Assembly: GCA_963735945.1 (NCBI GenBank)
Contig: CAVTMV010000010.1
Location: 17,559-81,558, forward strand
Origin: an uncultured beta proteobacterium
GTDB lineage: Bacteria; Pseudomonadota; Gammaproteobacteria; Burkholderiales; Gallionellaceae
Reading direction: 5' to 3'
Length of the DNA: 64,000 bases
Program-made: the position numbers and the translations under genes
The notes under the pieces: model-generated
What the model saw: the letters and a program-made list of their open reading frames with translations, nothing else
The model's database searches: none
Told to the model about the DNA's origin: nothing
Shown: positions 30,942 to 42,429 of the stretch, in pieces
Layout of the letters: each line of letters starts with the position of its first letter
How positions within the stretch are numbered: position 1 is the stretch's first letter

Positions 30942-32417
30942 ATGAGTCGTGAAGTTCTGTTGTTGGTAGATGCCTTGGCGCGTGAGAAGAACGTGGATAA
31001 GGAGATCGTGTTCGGTGCGCTGGAATCGGCCTTGGCCTCCGCAACCAAGAAGCGTTTCGCAGAAGAAGAAGCGGATGTGCGCGTGAGCATCGACCGTCAG
31101 ACCGGCGAGTACGAGTCTTTCCGCCGCTGGCAGGTGATGGACGACGAGACGTTCGAGACACCCGAATTGCACATCAAACTGGAAGAGGCGCGCAAGCAGA
31201 ACCCCGATATCCAGATGGAAGAATTCATCGAAGAACCGCTGGAAAACATCGATTTTGGCCGGATCGGCGCACAAGCGGCGAAACAGGTCATCTTCCAGAA
31301 GATCCGCGACGCCGAGCGCGAGCAGATTCTGGCCGACTTCATGGAGCGCAACGAGCACCTGGTGTCCGGCACGATCAAGCGCATCGAGCGCGGCAATGCC
31401 ATCATCGAGTTCGGCAAGATCGAAGCGCTGTTGCCGCGCGACCAGATGATCCCGAAAGAGAACCTGCGCGTCGGCGACCGCGTTCGCGCCTATCTGCTGC
31501 GCGTGGACCGTACCGTACGCGGCCCGCAGATCATCCTGTCGCGCATCACCACCGAGTTCCTGAAAAAACTGTTCGAGCTGGAAGTGCCGGAGATCGAAGA
31601 AGGTCTGCTGGAGATCGTCAGCGCATCCCGTGACCCGGGCTCGCGCGCCAAGATCGCGGTTCGTAGCCACGATCAACGCCTCGACCCGATCGGTACTTGC
31701 GTCGGCATGCGCGGTTCGCGCGTGCAGGCCGTGACCAACGAGCTGGCCGGCGAGCGTGTGGACATCATCCTGTGGTCGGACGAGCCGGCAACCTATGTGA
31801 TCAACGCCCTGGCACCAGCCGAAGTGACCAGCATCGTGGTGGACGAAGATCGTCACAGCATGGATGTGGTGGTCGAGGAAGAGAATCTGGCACAGGCCAT
31901 CGGCCGCGGCGGCCAGAACGTGCGCCTCGCCAGCGAGATGACCGGCTGGGAGATCAACCTGATGACGGTGGAACAATCCGCCGAGAAGAACGAGCAGGAA
32001 TTCTCGAAGATTCGCGACCTGTTCGTGAGCAAGCTGGATGTGGACGAGGAAGTCGCCGACATCCTGGTGCAGGAAGGTTTCAACACGCTGGAAGAAGTGG
32101 CCTACGTGCCGCTGGAAGAGATGCAGGCGATCGAAGCCTTCGACGAGGCGACGGTGAACGAACTGCGCAGCCGTGCACGCAATGCGCTGCTGACGGCTGC
32201 CATCGTCAACGAAGAGCAGGTCGAGCACAACATCGAGGATCTATTGAAGATCGACGGCATGGATGAAGAGACAGCGCGCACATTGACGGGCAAGGGGATC
32301 GGCACGCAGGAACAGCTGGCCGATCTGGATGGTGACGAGTTGGTGGAAATGACGGGAATGGATGCTGATCGCGCCAATCAATTGATCATGACGGCGCGCG
32401 CGCCTTGGTTCGTTTGA
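30942..32417 (+). CDS. nusA: Transcription factor NusA
   Basis: [49 protein letters not shown]. Confidence 0.98.
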   Translation: MSREVLLLVDALAREKNVDKEIVFGALESALASATKKRFAEEEADVRVSIDRQTGEYESFRRWQVMDDETFETPELHIKLEEARKQNPDIQMEEFIEEPLENIDFGRIGAQAAKQVIFQKIRDAEREQILADFMERNEHLVSGTIKRIERGNAIIEFGKIEALLPRDQMIPKENLRVGDRVRAYLLRVDRTVRGPQIILSRITTEFLKKLFELEVPEIEEGLLEIVSASRDPGSRAKIAVRSHDQRLDPIGTCVGMRGSRVQAVTNELAGERVDIILWSDEPATYVINALAPAEVTSIVVDEDRHSMDVVVEEENLAQAIGRGGQNVRLASEMTGWEINLMTVEQSAEKNEQEFSKIRDLFVSKLDVDEEVADILVQEGFNTLEEVAYVPLEEMQAIEAFDEATVNELRSRARNALLTAAIVNEEQVEHNIEDLLKIDGMDEETARTLTGKGIGTQEQLADLDGDELVEMTGMDADRANQLIMTARAPWFV

Positions 32418-32478
32418 GCCGGAAGTGCGCTTCAGGTAAAGGTTATCCGTAGTCTGGTATTGGTTTTAAGGGGTCGTA

Positions 32479-35100
32479 ATGGGAAAAATGAACGTCGCGC
32501 AATTTGCGGGTGAGCTGGGACTGCCGGTCGAACTGCTGTTGGAGCAGTTGCAATCGGCTGGGGTCAGCAAACAGAAAGATACCGACACCATATCGGAACA
32601 GGACAAATCGCAGCTGCTGGAGCACTTGCGCAGCGCGCATGGCGGTGGCGGCAAGGGCAAGATAACGCTGGTGCGTCGCGAAACGACTGCGATCAAGAAG
32701 GCCGATAGCAGCGGCAAGTCGCGTACCATCCAGGTGGAAGTCCGTAAGAAGCGCACTGTTGCGCCAGTAGCGGCGCAGGCTGCAGAAGAGGCAGCACCTG
32801 CACCGGCGGCGCCGGCCGTTGAAGAAGCCAAGCCGGCCAAAACCAGGACCGTACTGGGTGAGCAGGAACAAAAGGCGCGCGAGGAAGAGGCACGCCTGCA
32901 AGCCGAATTGGCGACACGCCAGGCAGCCGAGATTCAAGCCAAACAAGAGCGCCAGAAACGTAAAGCTGCGGTGGCCGCCGAACCGGCGCCTGCACCTGCA
33001 GCGCCTGCGTCGGAACCAGTGGTCGAGGCCAAGCCTGCTGTCGAAGCTGCTGCCGCACCCGCCGCTGCGCCTGCTGCTGGGACGCCGGAAGGGACTCTGC
33101 ATAAACCGACGCTCAAGCCGGGCGACAAGGTGGCACGTCCTGCCAAGAAAATCGATAAACCTGCTGCAGCCAAGGACAGTCCTTGGGATGAGGCAGGGCA
33201 CAAGAAGCGTCCGCCTTCGCGCACCACCGACACGCGTGCCGGATTGGGCGGCCGCACCGGCGGCAGCGCGATCCGCGCACCGCGCCACGAGAAACACAGC
33301 AAGCCGGAAGCGGCGCATGCCTTCTCCTTGCCGACCGAACCTATCGTTCAGGAAGTGATGGTTCCGGAAACCATCACCGTGGCCGAGTTGGCGCAAAAGA
33401 TGTCGATCAAGGCAGCCGAGATCATCAAGACGCTGATGAAGATGGGCTCCATGGTCACCATCAACCAGGTGCTGGATCAGGAGACCGCGATGATCCTGGT
33501 CGAAGAGATGGGTCACAAGGCGGTTCAGGCCAAGCCGGACGATCCCGATGCGTTCCTGATGGAAGCGGTCGATCATGGTGATGTGGTGCTGGAGCCGCGC
33601 GCCCCGGTGGTGACGGTGATGGGTCACGTCGACCACGGTAAGACTTCCTTGCTGGACTACATCCGTCGTACTCGCGTGGCGAGCGGCGAAGCTGGCGGCA
33701 TTACCCAACATATCGGCGCATATCACGTCGATACGCCGCGCGGCATGATCACTTTCCTCGACACTCCCGGTCACGAAGCCTTTACGGCGATGCGTGCCCG
33801 CGGTGCGAAAGCGACCGACATCGTGATTCTGGTGGTAGCTGCCGACGACGGCGTGATGCCGCAGACCAAGGAAGCGATCCACCATGCCAAGGCGGCGGAA
33901 GTGCCTATCGTGGTGGCGGTGACCAAGATCGACAAACCCGATGCCAATTCCGAGCGCGTGCGCCAGGAGCTGGTGGCGGAAGGCGTGGTGCCGGAAGATT
34001 GGGGCGGCGACTCGATGTTCGTTGAAGTGTCCGCCAAGACCGGACAGGGTATCGATACCTTGCTCGAAGGCATTCTGTTGCAAGCCGAAGTGCTGGAGCT
34101 GAAGGCACCGAAAAATAGCAGCGCCAAGGGTGTGGTGGTCGAAGCGCGTCTGGACAAGGGCAAGGGCGCTGTGGCGACTTTGCTGGTGCAGTCCGGTACC
34201 TTGAAACGCGGCGATGCGATTTTGGTTGGTTCCGTGTCGGGTCGTGTTCGCGCCATGCTGGATGAGAATGGCAAGGTGATCAATGAAGCCGGCCCTTCCA
34301 TTCCGGTCGAGATTCAAGGTCTGTCCGAAGTGCCGACAGCCGGTGCGGATTTCCTGGTGCTGGCCGACGAGAAGAAGGCACGCGAAATCGCATTGTTCCG
34401 CCAGGGCAAGTTCCGTGATGTGAAGCTGGCGAAGCAACAGGCCGCCAAGCTGGAGAACATGTTCGAGCAGATGGGCGAGGGCGAAGTGCGCACCTTGTCG
34501 CTGATCGTGAAAGCAGACGTTCAGGGTTCGCTCGAAGCGATCGCCAGTTCGTTGCAAAAACTTTCCACGGCCGAGGTCAAGGTCAATCTCATCCACAACG
34601 GCGTGGGTGCGATCACTGAATCCGACGTCAACCTGGCACTTGCTTCCAAGGCGATCATCATCGGCTTCAACTCGCGTGCCGATGCGACGGCGCGCCGTCT
34701 GGCGGAATCGTCCGGCGTGGATATCCGTTACTACAACATCATCTATGCGATGGTGGACGAGATCAAAGCGGCGCTGTCCGGCATGTTGGCTCCGGAGAAG
34801 AAGGAAAGCATCATCGGCATGGTCGAGATCCGTCAGGTGTTCACGATCTCCAAGGTCGGTACCATTGCGGGTTGTTACGTCACCGAGGGCATGATCAAGC
34901 GCGGTTCCAGCGTGCGCGTGCTGCGTAACAACGTGGTGATCCATACCGGCGAACTGGATTCGCTGAAACGCTTCAAAGATGACGTGAAGGAAGTGAAATC
35001 CAACTTCGAGTGCGGTCTGTCGTTGAAGGGTTACAACGATCTGCAAGTCGGCGACTTTCTTGAAGTATTCGAGATCGTCGAAGTGGCGCGGGCGCTTTAA
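32479..35100 (+). CDS. infB: Translation initiation factor IF-2
   Basis: [51 protein letters not shown]. Confidence 0.98.
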   Translation: MGKMNVAQFAGELGLPVELLLEQLQSAGVSKQKDTDTISEQDKSQLLEHLRSAHGGGGKGKITLVRRETTAIKKADSSGKSRTIQVEVRKKRTVAPVAAQAAEEAAPAPAAPAVEEAKPAKTRTVLGEQEQKAREEEARLQAELATRQAAEIQAKQERQKRKAAVAAEPAPAPAAPASEPVVEAKPAVEAAAAPAAAPAAGTPEGTLHKPTLKPGDKVARPAKKIDKPAAAKDSPWDEAGHKKRPPSRTTDTRAGLGGRTGGSAIRAPRHEKHSKPEAAHAFSLPTEPIVQEVMVPETITVAELAQKMSIKAAEIIKTLMKMGSMVTINQVLDQETAMILVEEMGHKAVQAKPDDPDAFLMEAVDHGDVVLEPRAPVVTVMGHVDHGKTSLLDYIRRTRVASGEAGGITQHIGAYHVDTPRGMITFLDTPGHEAFTAMRARGAKATDIVILVVAADDGVMPQTKEAIHHAKAAEVPIVVAVTKIDKPDANSERVRQELVAEGVVPEDWGGDSMFVEVSAKTGQGIDTLLEGILLQAEVLELKAPKNSSAKGVVVEARLDKGKGAVATLLVQSGTLKRGDAILVGSVSGRVRAMLDENGKVINEAGPSIPVEIQGLSEVPTAGADFLVLADEKKAREIALFRQGKFRDVKLAKQQAAKLENMFEQMGEGEVRTLSLIVKADVQGSLEAIASSLQKLSTAEVKVNLIHNGVGAITESDVNLALASKAIIIGFNSRADATARRLAESSGVDIRYYNIIYAMVDEIKAALSGMLAPEKKESIIGMVEIRQVFTISKVGTIAGCYVTEGMIKRGSSVRVLRNNVVIHTGELDSLKRFKDDVKEVKSNFECGLSLKGYNDLQVGDFLEVFEIVEVARAL

Positions 35101-35456
35101 TGGCCAAAGACTACGCACGCACCGATCGCATCGCCGAACAGATCCAGCGCGAATTGGCTGAGCTGATTCGCCTGGAGGTGAAAGATCCGCGCGTGAAGAA
35201 GGTCACGCTGACCGGGGTGGAAGTGACCAACGATCACGCCCATGCCAAAGTGTTCTACACCTCGCTGGATGGCGACAGTCCCGTTTTGCATCAGGGGCTG
35301 GAGCGTTCCGCCGGGTTCCTGCGCAGCCAGCTGGCACATGCCATGAAGCTGCGCATCACTCCGCAGTTGCATTTCGTCTATGACGCCTCCATCGAGCGCG
35401 GCTCACATCTTTCGCAATTGATCGATCAAGCGGTTGCCAGTGACAAAAAAGACTGA
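35100..35456 (+). CDS. rbfA: Ribosome-binding factor A
   Basis: RTDRIAEQIQRELA, KDPR, LRITPQLHFVYD.S.ERG. Confidence 0.96.
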   Translation: MAKDYARTDRIAEQIQRELAELIRLEVKDPRVKKVTLTGVEVTNDHAHAKVFYTSLDGDSPVLHQGLERSAGFLRSQLAHAMKLRITPQLHFVYDASIERGSHLSQLIDQAVASDKKD

Positions 35457-36382
35457 GCAATTCAAAGCGTGTCAAAAGGCCGCTGGATGGCGTCCTGTTG
35501 TTCGACAAGCCGCTGGAACTCAGCTCCAACGTTGCCATGCAAAAAGTCCGCCGTCTGTTTCAGGCTGAAAAAGCCGGACATACCGGCACACTCGATCCAC
35601 TGGCCACCGGCCTGCTGCCGGTCTGTTTTGGCGAAGCCACCAAGTTCACCCTTTCCCTGCTGGATGCCGACAAGCGCTATCGCGCGACGATCCGGCTGGG
35701 CCAGCGCACCACCACCGGCGATGCCGAGGGCGAGGTGATCGAGACACGCCCCGTCGCAGTGGATGAGCAACAGGCTTTGGCCGCGATGGCCAAGTTCATG
35801 GGCGAGATCCAGCAGCTGCCGCCCATGCATAGCGCGATCAAGCACCAGGGCAAACCGCTGTACGAATACATCCGCAAGGGCGAGACGGTGGAGCGCGAAT
35901 TGCGCACGGTATTCATCCATGAGTTGAAACTGGAGCGGCTGCAAGGCAACGAACTGGAATTCAGCGTGCTGTGCAGCAAAGGGACCTATGTTCGTACCCT
36001 GGCCGAAGACATCAGCGAGGTGCTCGGCTGCGGCGGCCATCTGATCGCCTTGCGCCGTACCGGGATTGGCGAGTTCACCCTGGATGCGGCGCATACCCTG
36101 GTGCAGCTGGAAGCCATGGACGAAGGGCAGCGCGATGCCTGCCTGGTGCCGCTGGACAGTCTGGTACAGGGTCTGCCACGGCTGGATCTGGATGCCGTTC
36201 AAGCCAGCCGGCTAGCCCAAGGGCAGCGGCTGGGGCTGCGGGATGTGCATCCTGACGGCAAGCGCCGGCTGTATGCGGAGGGGCGTTTTATCGGTTTGGG
36301 GGATTTGGTCAGCGGCAGATTGGCTCCCAGCCGTCTGTTGTCCAGTATTGCCAAAGCTGCCGCTGTGGCTAATTCAGCTTGA
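35453..36382 (+). CDS. truB: tRNA pseudouridine-55 synthase (start uncertain)
   Basis: DGVLLFDKP, KAGHTGTLDPLATG, PPMHSAIK, CSKGTYVRTLA. Confidence 0.95.
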   Translation: MSNSKRVKRPLDGVLLFDKPLELSSNVAMQKVRRLFQAEKAGHTGTLDPLATGLLPVCFGEATKFTLSLLDADKRYRATIRLGQRTTTGDAEGEVIETRPVAVDEQQALAAMAKFMGEIQQLPPMHSAIKHQGKPLYEYIRKGETVERELRTVFIHELKLERLQGNELEFSVLCSKGTYVRTLAEDISEVLGCGGHLIALRRTGIGEFTLDAAHTLVQLEAMDEGQRDACLVPLDSLVQGLPRLDLDAVQASRLAQGQRLGLRDVHPDGKRRLYAEGRFIGLGDLVSGRLAPSRLLSSIAKAAAVANSA

Positions 36383-36439
36383 GCGGATACCCTATTCAAG
36401 GGTAGAATGCCGCACTTTTTATTGGAGAGAGAAGTCTAA

Positions 36440-36709
36440 ATGTCTATTACCGCCGCACAAAAATCGCAAATCGTTACTGACTATCAGCGCGCCAAGGGCG
36501 ATACAGGTTCCCCTGAAGTTCAAGTAGCCTTGATGACGGCACGTATCAACTACCTGACCGATCATTTCAAAGAACACAACAAGGATCACCACTCCCGTCG
36601 TGGTCTGTTGCGTCTGGTAAGCCGCCGCCGCAAGTTGCTCGACTACCTGAAGAGCAAGAACGAAAACGGTTACAAAGAGCTGATCAAGCGTCTGGATCTG
36701 CGCAAGTAA
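36440..36709 (+). CDS. rpsO: 30S ribosomal protein S15
   Basis: [33 protein letters not shown] -10 at 36403. Confidence 0.98.
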   Translation: MSITAAQKSQIVTDYQRAKGDTGSPEVQVALMTARINYLTDHFKEHNKDHHSRRGLLRLVSRRRKLLDYLKSKNENGYKELIKRLDLRK

Positions 36710-36724
36710 CAATAGGAATTAAGT

Positions 36725-36755
36725 AGCGGGTCGCTTATGCGGCCCGCTTCGTTTT
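36725..36755 (+). terminator. Hairpin after rpsO
   Basis: agcgggtcgc-ttat-gcggcccgct followed by tcgtttt. Confidence 0.65.
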
Positions 36756-36813
36756 GGTTGTCGTTTTATCACGCTGGCAACTCGGTCACGCATATACATT
36801 GGAGAGAGCTATC

Positions 36814-38930
36814 TTGAGTCACTATAAAAAAACCCTGAGCTACGGCAAACATCAATTGACACTGGAGACAGGCGAGATCGCACGCCAATCCAGCGGTGCA
36901 GTCATGGTCAGTCTGGACGACACCGTGGTGCTGGTCACCGTGGTGGGACGCAAGGATGCCAAACCAGACCAGGATTTTTTTCCGCTGACCGTTGATTATC
37001 AAGAGCGCACCTATGCTGCAGGCAAGATCCCCGGCGGCTTCTTCAAGCGTGAAGGCCGACCCAGCGAAAAGGAGATCCTGACTTCGCGCCTGATCGACCG
37101 TCCGTTGCGTCCGCTGTTCCCGGAAAGTTTCTACAACGAAGTGCAGATCGTGGCGACCGTGGTGTCTTCCGATCCGCAGATCGATTCCGACATTCCTTCC
37201 ATGATCGGCGCTTCCGCTGCGCTGGCGATCTCCGGCATCCCGTTCGACGGCCCAATCGGCGCAGCGCGCGTGGGTTACCTGAATGGCCAGTATGTGTTGA
37301 ACCCGACCAAGGATGAGCTGGTCGAGCTCGCAGATGGATCTGGTGGTTGCCGGTACCTCCAAAGCGGTGTTGATGGTTGAGTCCGAAGCGCAAGAACTGT
37401 CCGAAGAGATCATGCTGGGCGCGGTGGTGTTCGGCCACGAGCAGATGCAAGCCGTGATCAATGCCATCATCGAGATGGCAAATGAAGTGGGCCAGGACGA
37501 CTGGGACTGGACTCCGGCAGCCAAGAACGAAGCGCTGATCGCCAAGATCGCCGCACTGGCCGAGAACGACCTGAAGGCAGCTTATGCCGTGCGCCAGAAA
37601 CAGGCACGTACCCACCAAGTGGAAGCGATTCGCGCCAAGACGCTGGAAGCTTTGGCAACACCTGAATTCGAGAACGTCTCCGCCAACCAGAAGGCCGAAC
37701 TGTTCGGCGCGCTGGAAGCCAAAATCGTGCGCGGTCAGATCCTGAGCGGCGAACCACGCATCGACGGTCGCGATACCCGCACTGTGCGTCCGATCACTAT
37801 CCGTACCGGCGTGCTGCCGCGTACCCACGGTTCGGTGCTGTTCACTCGAGGCGAGACACAAGCTTTGGTCGTGGCAACACTGGGCTCTATGCGCGATTCG
37901 CAAACCATCGATTCCTTGCAGGGCGAGTACTCCGACCGCTTTATGCTGCACTACAACTTCCCTCCGTATGCAACCGGTGAAACCGGCCGTGTCGGTACGC
38001 CGAAGCGCCGCGAAATCGGCCACGGTCGTCTGGCCAAGCGTGCCTTGGTTGCCGCGTTGCCGAGCGAAGAGGAATGCGGTTACGCGATCCGTGTGGTCTC
38101 CGAGATCACCGAGTCCAACGGTTCCAGCTCCATGGCTTCCGTTTGCGGTGGTTGCCTGTCCATGATGGATGCCGGCGTGCCGTATGAAGACGCATGTTGC
38201 CGGTATCGCCATGGGCCTGATCAAGGACGGCGGCCGTTTTGCCGTGCTGACCGACATCCTGGGTGACGAAGATCACCTGGGCGACATGGACTTCAAGGTG
38301 GCAGGTTCCGACAAGGGCATCACCGCGCTGCAGATGGACATCAAGATCAACGGCATTACCAAGGAGATCATGCAAGTGGCGTTGAGCCAGGCCAAGGAAG
38401 GCCGCATGCACATCCTCGGCATCATGAAGGAGGCGATGCCTGCCGTGCGTCCGGAAGTTTCCGACTTCGCACCGCGCATGCTCAAGATGAAGATCAATCC
38501 GGAAAAGATCCGCGACGTGATCGGCAAGGGCGGTGCGGTGATTCGCGCACTGACCGAAGAGACGGGCACCACCATCGACATCGATGACGAAGGCAATGTC
38601 ACCATCTCCTGCGTGAGCGGCGAGGCTGGCGAACTGGCGAAAAAACGCATCCAGGACATCGTGGCCGAAGTCGAAGTGGGCAAGATATACGAGGGCCCGG
38701 TGGTCAAGCTGCTGGACTTCGGTGCGCTGATCAACATCCTGCCAGGCAAGGACGGTTTGCTGCATATTTCGCAGATCTCGCACGAGCGTATCGCCAACGT
38801 GTCCGACCACCTGAAGGAAGGCCAAGTGGTGAAGGTCAAGGTGCTGGAAGTGGACGACAAAGGCCGTATGCGCTTGAGCATGAAGGCACTGCAACCGCAT
38901 CCGGAAGCCGCTGCTCCTGCGGCAGAATAA
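36814..38930 (+). CDS. pnp: Polyribonucleotide nucleotidyltransferase; TTG start; frameshifts near 37325 and 38183
   Basis: [52 protein letters not shown], plus KH and S1 domains. Confidence 0.97.
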
Positions 38931-38949
38931 TCCGGAAAAGCAATAATTC

Positions 38950-38974
38950 AAGCCCCGCTCTGCGGGGCTTTTTT
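38950..38974 (+). terminator. Intrinsic terminator after pnp
   Basis: aagccccgc-tct-gcggggctt followed by tttt. Confidence 0.85.
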
Positions 38975-39073
38975 GTTGATGTTGGCAAATTTTGTACGAA
39001 TTTGTATCAGCACACCTGATCCGGTATTTTTGTTATAGGGTAGAGGCTGTAAATTCGTCCTGTTCACAACAAC

Positions 39074-40483
39074 TTGTTTGATAACGTGTTTCGATATCGA
39101 TTTTATCTACTGCTGCTGTTGATCCAGATGGCGCTGCTGCCATTGCCGGCGAGCGCTGCCAGCGATCCGCTGTCGGCCATGGATGGTGTCGAGGCAGGGG
39201 AATTCCCGCTGACTGCAGATCCCGGCCGTTGCGACCGCGGCAAGATCAACAAGCCGTTGACGCTGGCCGATGTGGTCGACCTGACCTTGTGCAACAACCC
39301 GCAGACCCGGTCGCTGTGGGCTAGCGCGCGTGCGCAGGCAGCGAACGTCGGCATCGGCATGTCGGCCTACCTGCCTACACTGTCGGCACAAGTCGGTGCT
39401 TCGCGTACCAGAACCAGCGCTTCGGGGAATACGAGCAACTACAGCAGCCGCAACGCCAGCTTGACTGCGGGTTATTTGCTGTTTGATTTCGGCGGGCGGG
39501 CAGCGACGCTGGAAAATGCCAAGCAGTTGCTGGTGGCTGCAAATGCAACGCGCGACGCGACGCTGCAGGCCAACTTTTTGACTGCGGTGCAATCCTATTA
39601 TGGATTACTGTCCGCGCAGGCCAATGTGGATGCATTGCAGGTCGCCGTGGCTTCCGCCAAGGAAAGTCTGGCCGCCGCCGAGGCGCGCTATTTTGCGGGT
39701 GTTGCCACACCGGCGGACAAGCTGCAGGCGCAAACCGCCTTGTCCCAGGCGCAATTGAACCTGATCACGGCGTTAGGGGCCGACCGGACTGCTCAGGGGA
39801 CATTGGCCAACATCATGGGATTCGATGCCACCCAACCGTTTTTGCTGGCGCCCTTGCCGGAAACGACGCCCGATCCTGTCGTGGAACAGGATATCGGCAA
39901 ATTGATCGAGCAGGCCAGGCAGAAACGGCCGGATCTGCGGGCGGCAGAGGCGCAGATCAAGGCGGCAGAGGCACAACTCACGGCAACCCGGGCAACGGGA
40001 TTGCCCACAATCAACCTGAGCGCCTCGACCGGTTCGCAGAATCTGTCCGGCACACCTGTTACCAACAGCAGCAGTATCGGCATAACGCTGAACGTGCCCT
40101 TGTTTACGGGGTATCGCAACACGTACCAGAATCGGGCTGCCGAATTGCAGATCGAAGGCAAGGTGGCCGCACGCGATCTGCTGGCCAACCAGATCGCGCT
40201 GGATGTCTGGAAAGCCTATCAGGCGATGTTGACCAACAGCCAGGCATTGCTGACGGCGACCGACCTGGTGGCCTCGGCCGAGCTGTCTGAGCGCATGACG
40301 CTGGGACGCTACAAGGCGGGTGTCGCGAACATGTCCATATTGGATGTGCTGAATGCGCAAAGCGCTTTGGCCAGCGCCCGGCAGCAACGGGTGAATGCGC
40401 TGTACAACTTCCAGGCAAGCCGTCTCGGGCTGGCACAAGCCATCGGTCAGCTCGACCTGACCCAAGTCGATACGGTGAAGTGA
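39074..40483 (+). CDS. TolC-family outer-membrane efflux protein (start uncertain)
   Basis: LTLADVVDL.L.NNP, YLPTLS, LFDFGGR, RPDLRAAE, PLFTG, RYKAG...LDVLNAQ. Confidence 0.9.
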   Translation: MFDNVFRYRFYLLLLLIQMALLPLPASAASDPLSAMDGVEAGEFPLTADPGRCDRGKINKPLTLADVVDLTLCNNPQTRSLWASARAQAANVGIGMSAYLPTLSAQVGASRTRTSASGNTSNYSSRNASLTAGYLLFDFGGRAATLENAKQLLVAANATRDATLQANFLTAVQSYYGLLSAQANVDALQVAVASAKESLAAAEARYFAGVATPADKLQAQTALSQAQLNLITALGADRTAQGTLANIMGFDATQPFLLAPLPETTPDPVVEQDIGKLIEQARQKRPDLRAAEAQIKAAEAQLTATRATGLPTINLSASTGSQNLSGTPVTNSSSIGITLNVPLFTGYRNTYQNRAAELQIEGKVAARDLLANQIALDVWKAYQAMLTNSQALLTATDLVASAELSERMTLGRYKAGVANMSILDVLNAQSALASARQQRVNALYNFQASRLGLAQAIGQLDLTQVDTVK

Positions 40484-40513
40484 CTGGCGTTATGATGAAA
40501 CTGTGATGCGGGA

Positions 40514-41689
40514 ATGAATATGCGAATATCAAAAACTATGCTGATCGGGATAGCGCTGTTGCTGGCAGGCGCTGCCGCCTGGTGGTTATGGCCCAAGGGC
40601 ACGCCAGCCGAGGCGCGCTATGCGACGGCGGCCCTGGAGCGCGGCGCGATCACCCAGACAGTTGCAGCCAACGGCACGCTGAACCCGGTGGTGCTGGTCA
40701 GTGTGGGCAGCCAGGTTTCCGGGATCGTCAAGAAACTGCATGCTGATTTCAATGACCAGGTGAAGGAAGGGCAGGTGTTGCTGGAACTCGACCCGACTCT
40801 GAATCGTGCGCAACTGCAGCAAAGCGAGGCTAACGTGGCCAGTGCCAAGGCATCGCTGGAGTTGGCGCAGGCCAACGAGACGCGCATGCGTGGTTTGCTG
40901 GAACAGGAATATGTCACTCGCCAGGATATGGAAACCTCGGTGCAGGCACTCAAGGTAGCCAAGGCGCAGCTCGAGGTGGCGATGGCGCAAGTCGTGCGCG
41001 ATCGCAGAAATCTCGACAATACGCTGATCCGCTCGCCGGTATCCGGCGTGGTGGTGTCGCGTTTGGTCGACGTCGGCCAGACCGTGGCGGCTTCGCTGCA
41101 GGCGCCGGTCCTGTTCACCATCGCACAGGATCTGTCGCACATGCAGATCGACACCAGCTATGCGGAAGCGGATGTGGGCAACATCCGCGTTGGACAACCC
41201 GCCACCTTTCGCGTTGATGCCTTTCCCAACCGGACTTTCCACGGTGAAGTACGGCAGGTGCGGCTTAACCCGACCACGCAACAGAACGTGGTGACTTATG
41301 ACGTCGTCGTCTCGGTTGAAAATCCGGATCAGGTTCTGATGCCGGGCATGACCGCTTACGTGAACATTCTCGTTGCTGAGCGCAAGGACGTGCTGATGGT
41401 GCCCAATGCCGCATTGCGCTTCCGCACCAGCGATGCCGGAAAGGCGATGCGCACAGGCGGCGACAAACCCAAGGGCGACGGTCGCGGCAAGGATAATGCG
41501 ACCCCGATGGGCACGGTGTATGTGCTGGAGAACGGCCAGCCCAAGGCGGTGCGCATTGCCGTCGGCATCACCGACAACCGTATGACCGAGGCAGTGGGCG
41601 GCGAGCTCAAGGCTGGCGATGCGGTCATCGTCGAGGATCGCCAGCCATCCGCCAAGGCGGGTGGCGGCCCCGGCATGAGGCTGTTCTGA
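40514..41689 (+). CDS. MacA-like periplasmic adaptor
   Basis: VGSQVSG, IRSPVSGVV.SR.VDVGQTVAASLQAP.LFTIA, EADVG, L.PGMTA. Confidence 0.9.
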   Translation: MNMRISKTMLIGIALLLAGAAAWWLWPKGTPAEARYATAALERGAITQTVAANGTLNPVVLVSVGSQVSGIVKKLHADFNDQVKEGQVLLELDPTLNRAQLQQSEANVASAKASLELAQANETRMRGLLEQEYVTRQDMETSVQALKVAKAQLEVAMAQVVRDRRNLDNTLIRSPVSGVVVSRLVDVGQTVAASLQAPVLFTIAQDLSHMQIDTSYAEADVGNIRVGQPATFRVDAFPNRTFHGEVRQVRLNPTTQQNVVTYDVVVSVENPDQVLMPGMTAYVNILVAERKDVLMVPNAALRFRTSDAGKAMRTGGDKPKGDGRGKDNATPMGTVYVLENGQPKAVRIAVGITDNRMTEAVGGELKAGDAVIVEDRQPSAKAGGGPGMRLF

Positions 41690-41700
41690 CGCAGGTCACA

Positions 41701-42429
41701 ATGAGCAACGATTCTGTCATCCACATCGAGAAACTCTACAAGGACTACGTGACCGAGGCCGGTACCGTGCCGGTGCTCAAGGATGTCGCGGTCACGGTGA
41801 AGCCGGGCGAGTTCGTTGCCATCATGGGGCCATCGGGCTCGGGCAAGTCCACTTTCATGAACATCCTCGGTTGCCTCGACGTAGCCACCAGCGGCACCTA
41901 TCTGCTGAATGGCCGCGATGTGAGCAGGCAGAGTCGCGACGAGCTGGCGCATTTGCGCAACCAGGTGATCGGGTTCGTGTTCCAGGGCTTCAACCTGCTG
42001 CCGCGCGCCAGCCTGGAAGACAATGTGGCCTTGCCGCTGATCTATCGCGGCGCCCCGCGAGCCGAGCGGCTGGCGCGCGCCCACGAGATGCTGGACAAGG
42101 TCGGTCTCGGCCAGTACCGGCGTTCGCGCCCGAACCAGATCTCGGGTGGACAGCAACAGCGCGTCGCCATCGCGCGGGCGCTGGTCAATCATCCCAAGCT
42201 GCTGCTGGCGGACGAGCCCACCGGCAACCTGGATACCCATACCAGCCAGGAGATCATGGCCTTGTTCAGCGAACTGAACCAGCGCGATGGCATCACCATC
42301 GTGCTGATCACGCATGAGCCGGACATCGCGACCTATGCCCAGCGGCTGGTGCGCCTGTCCGACGGGCGCATCGTATACGACGGCCCCATCGAACATGCTG
42401 CACCGCATCATCTGGAGGCCACGTCATGA
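41701..42429 (+). CDS. ABC transporter ATP-binding subunit (MacB/LolD type)
   Basis: GPSGSGKST, SGGQQQRVAIARAL, LADEPTGNLD, ITHE. Confidence 0.93.
   Translation: MSNDSVIHIEKLYKDYVTEAGTVPVLKDVAVTVKPGEFVAIMGPSGSGKSTFMNILGCLDVATSGTYLLNGRDVSRQSRDELAHLRNQVIGFVFQGFNLLPRASLEDNVALPLIYRGAPRAERLARAHEMLDKVGLGQYRRSRPNQISGGQQQRVAIARALVNHPKLLLADEPTGNLDTHTSQEIMALFSELNQRDGITIVLITHEPDIATYAQRLVRLSDGRIVYDGPIEHAAPHHLEATS

Noticed and set aside
32750-33300. Ala/Pro-rich low-complexity stretch in infB
   Set aside because: This is the normal variable N-terminal region of IF-2.
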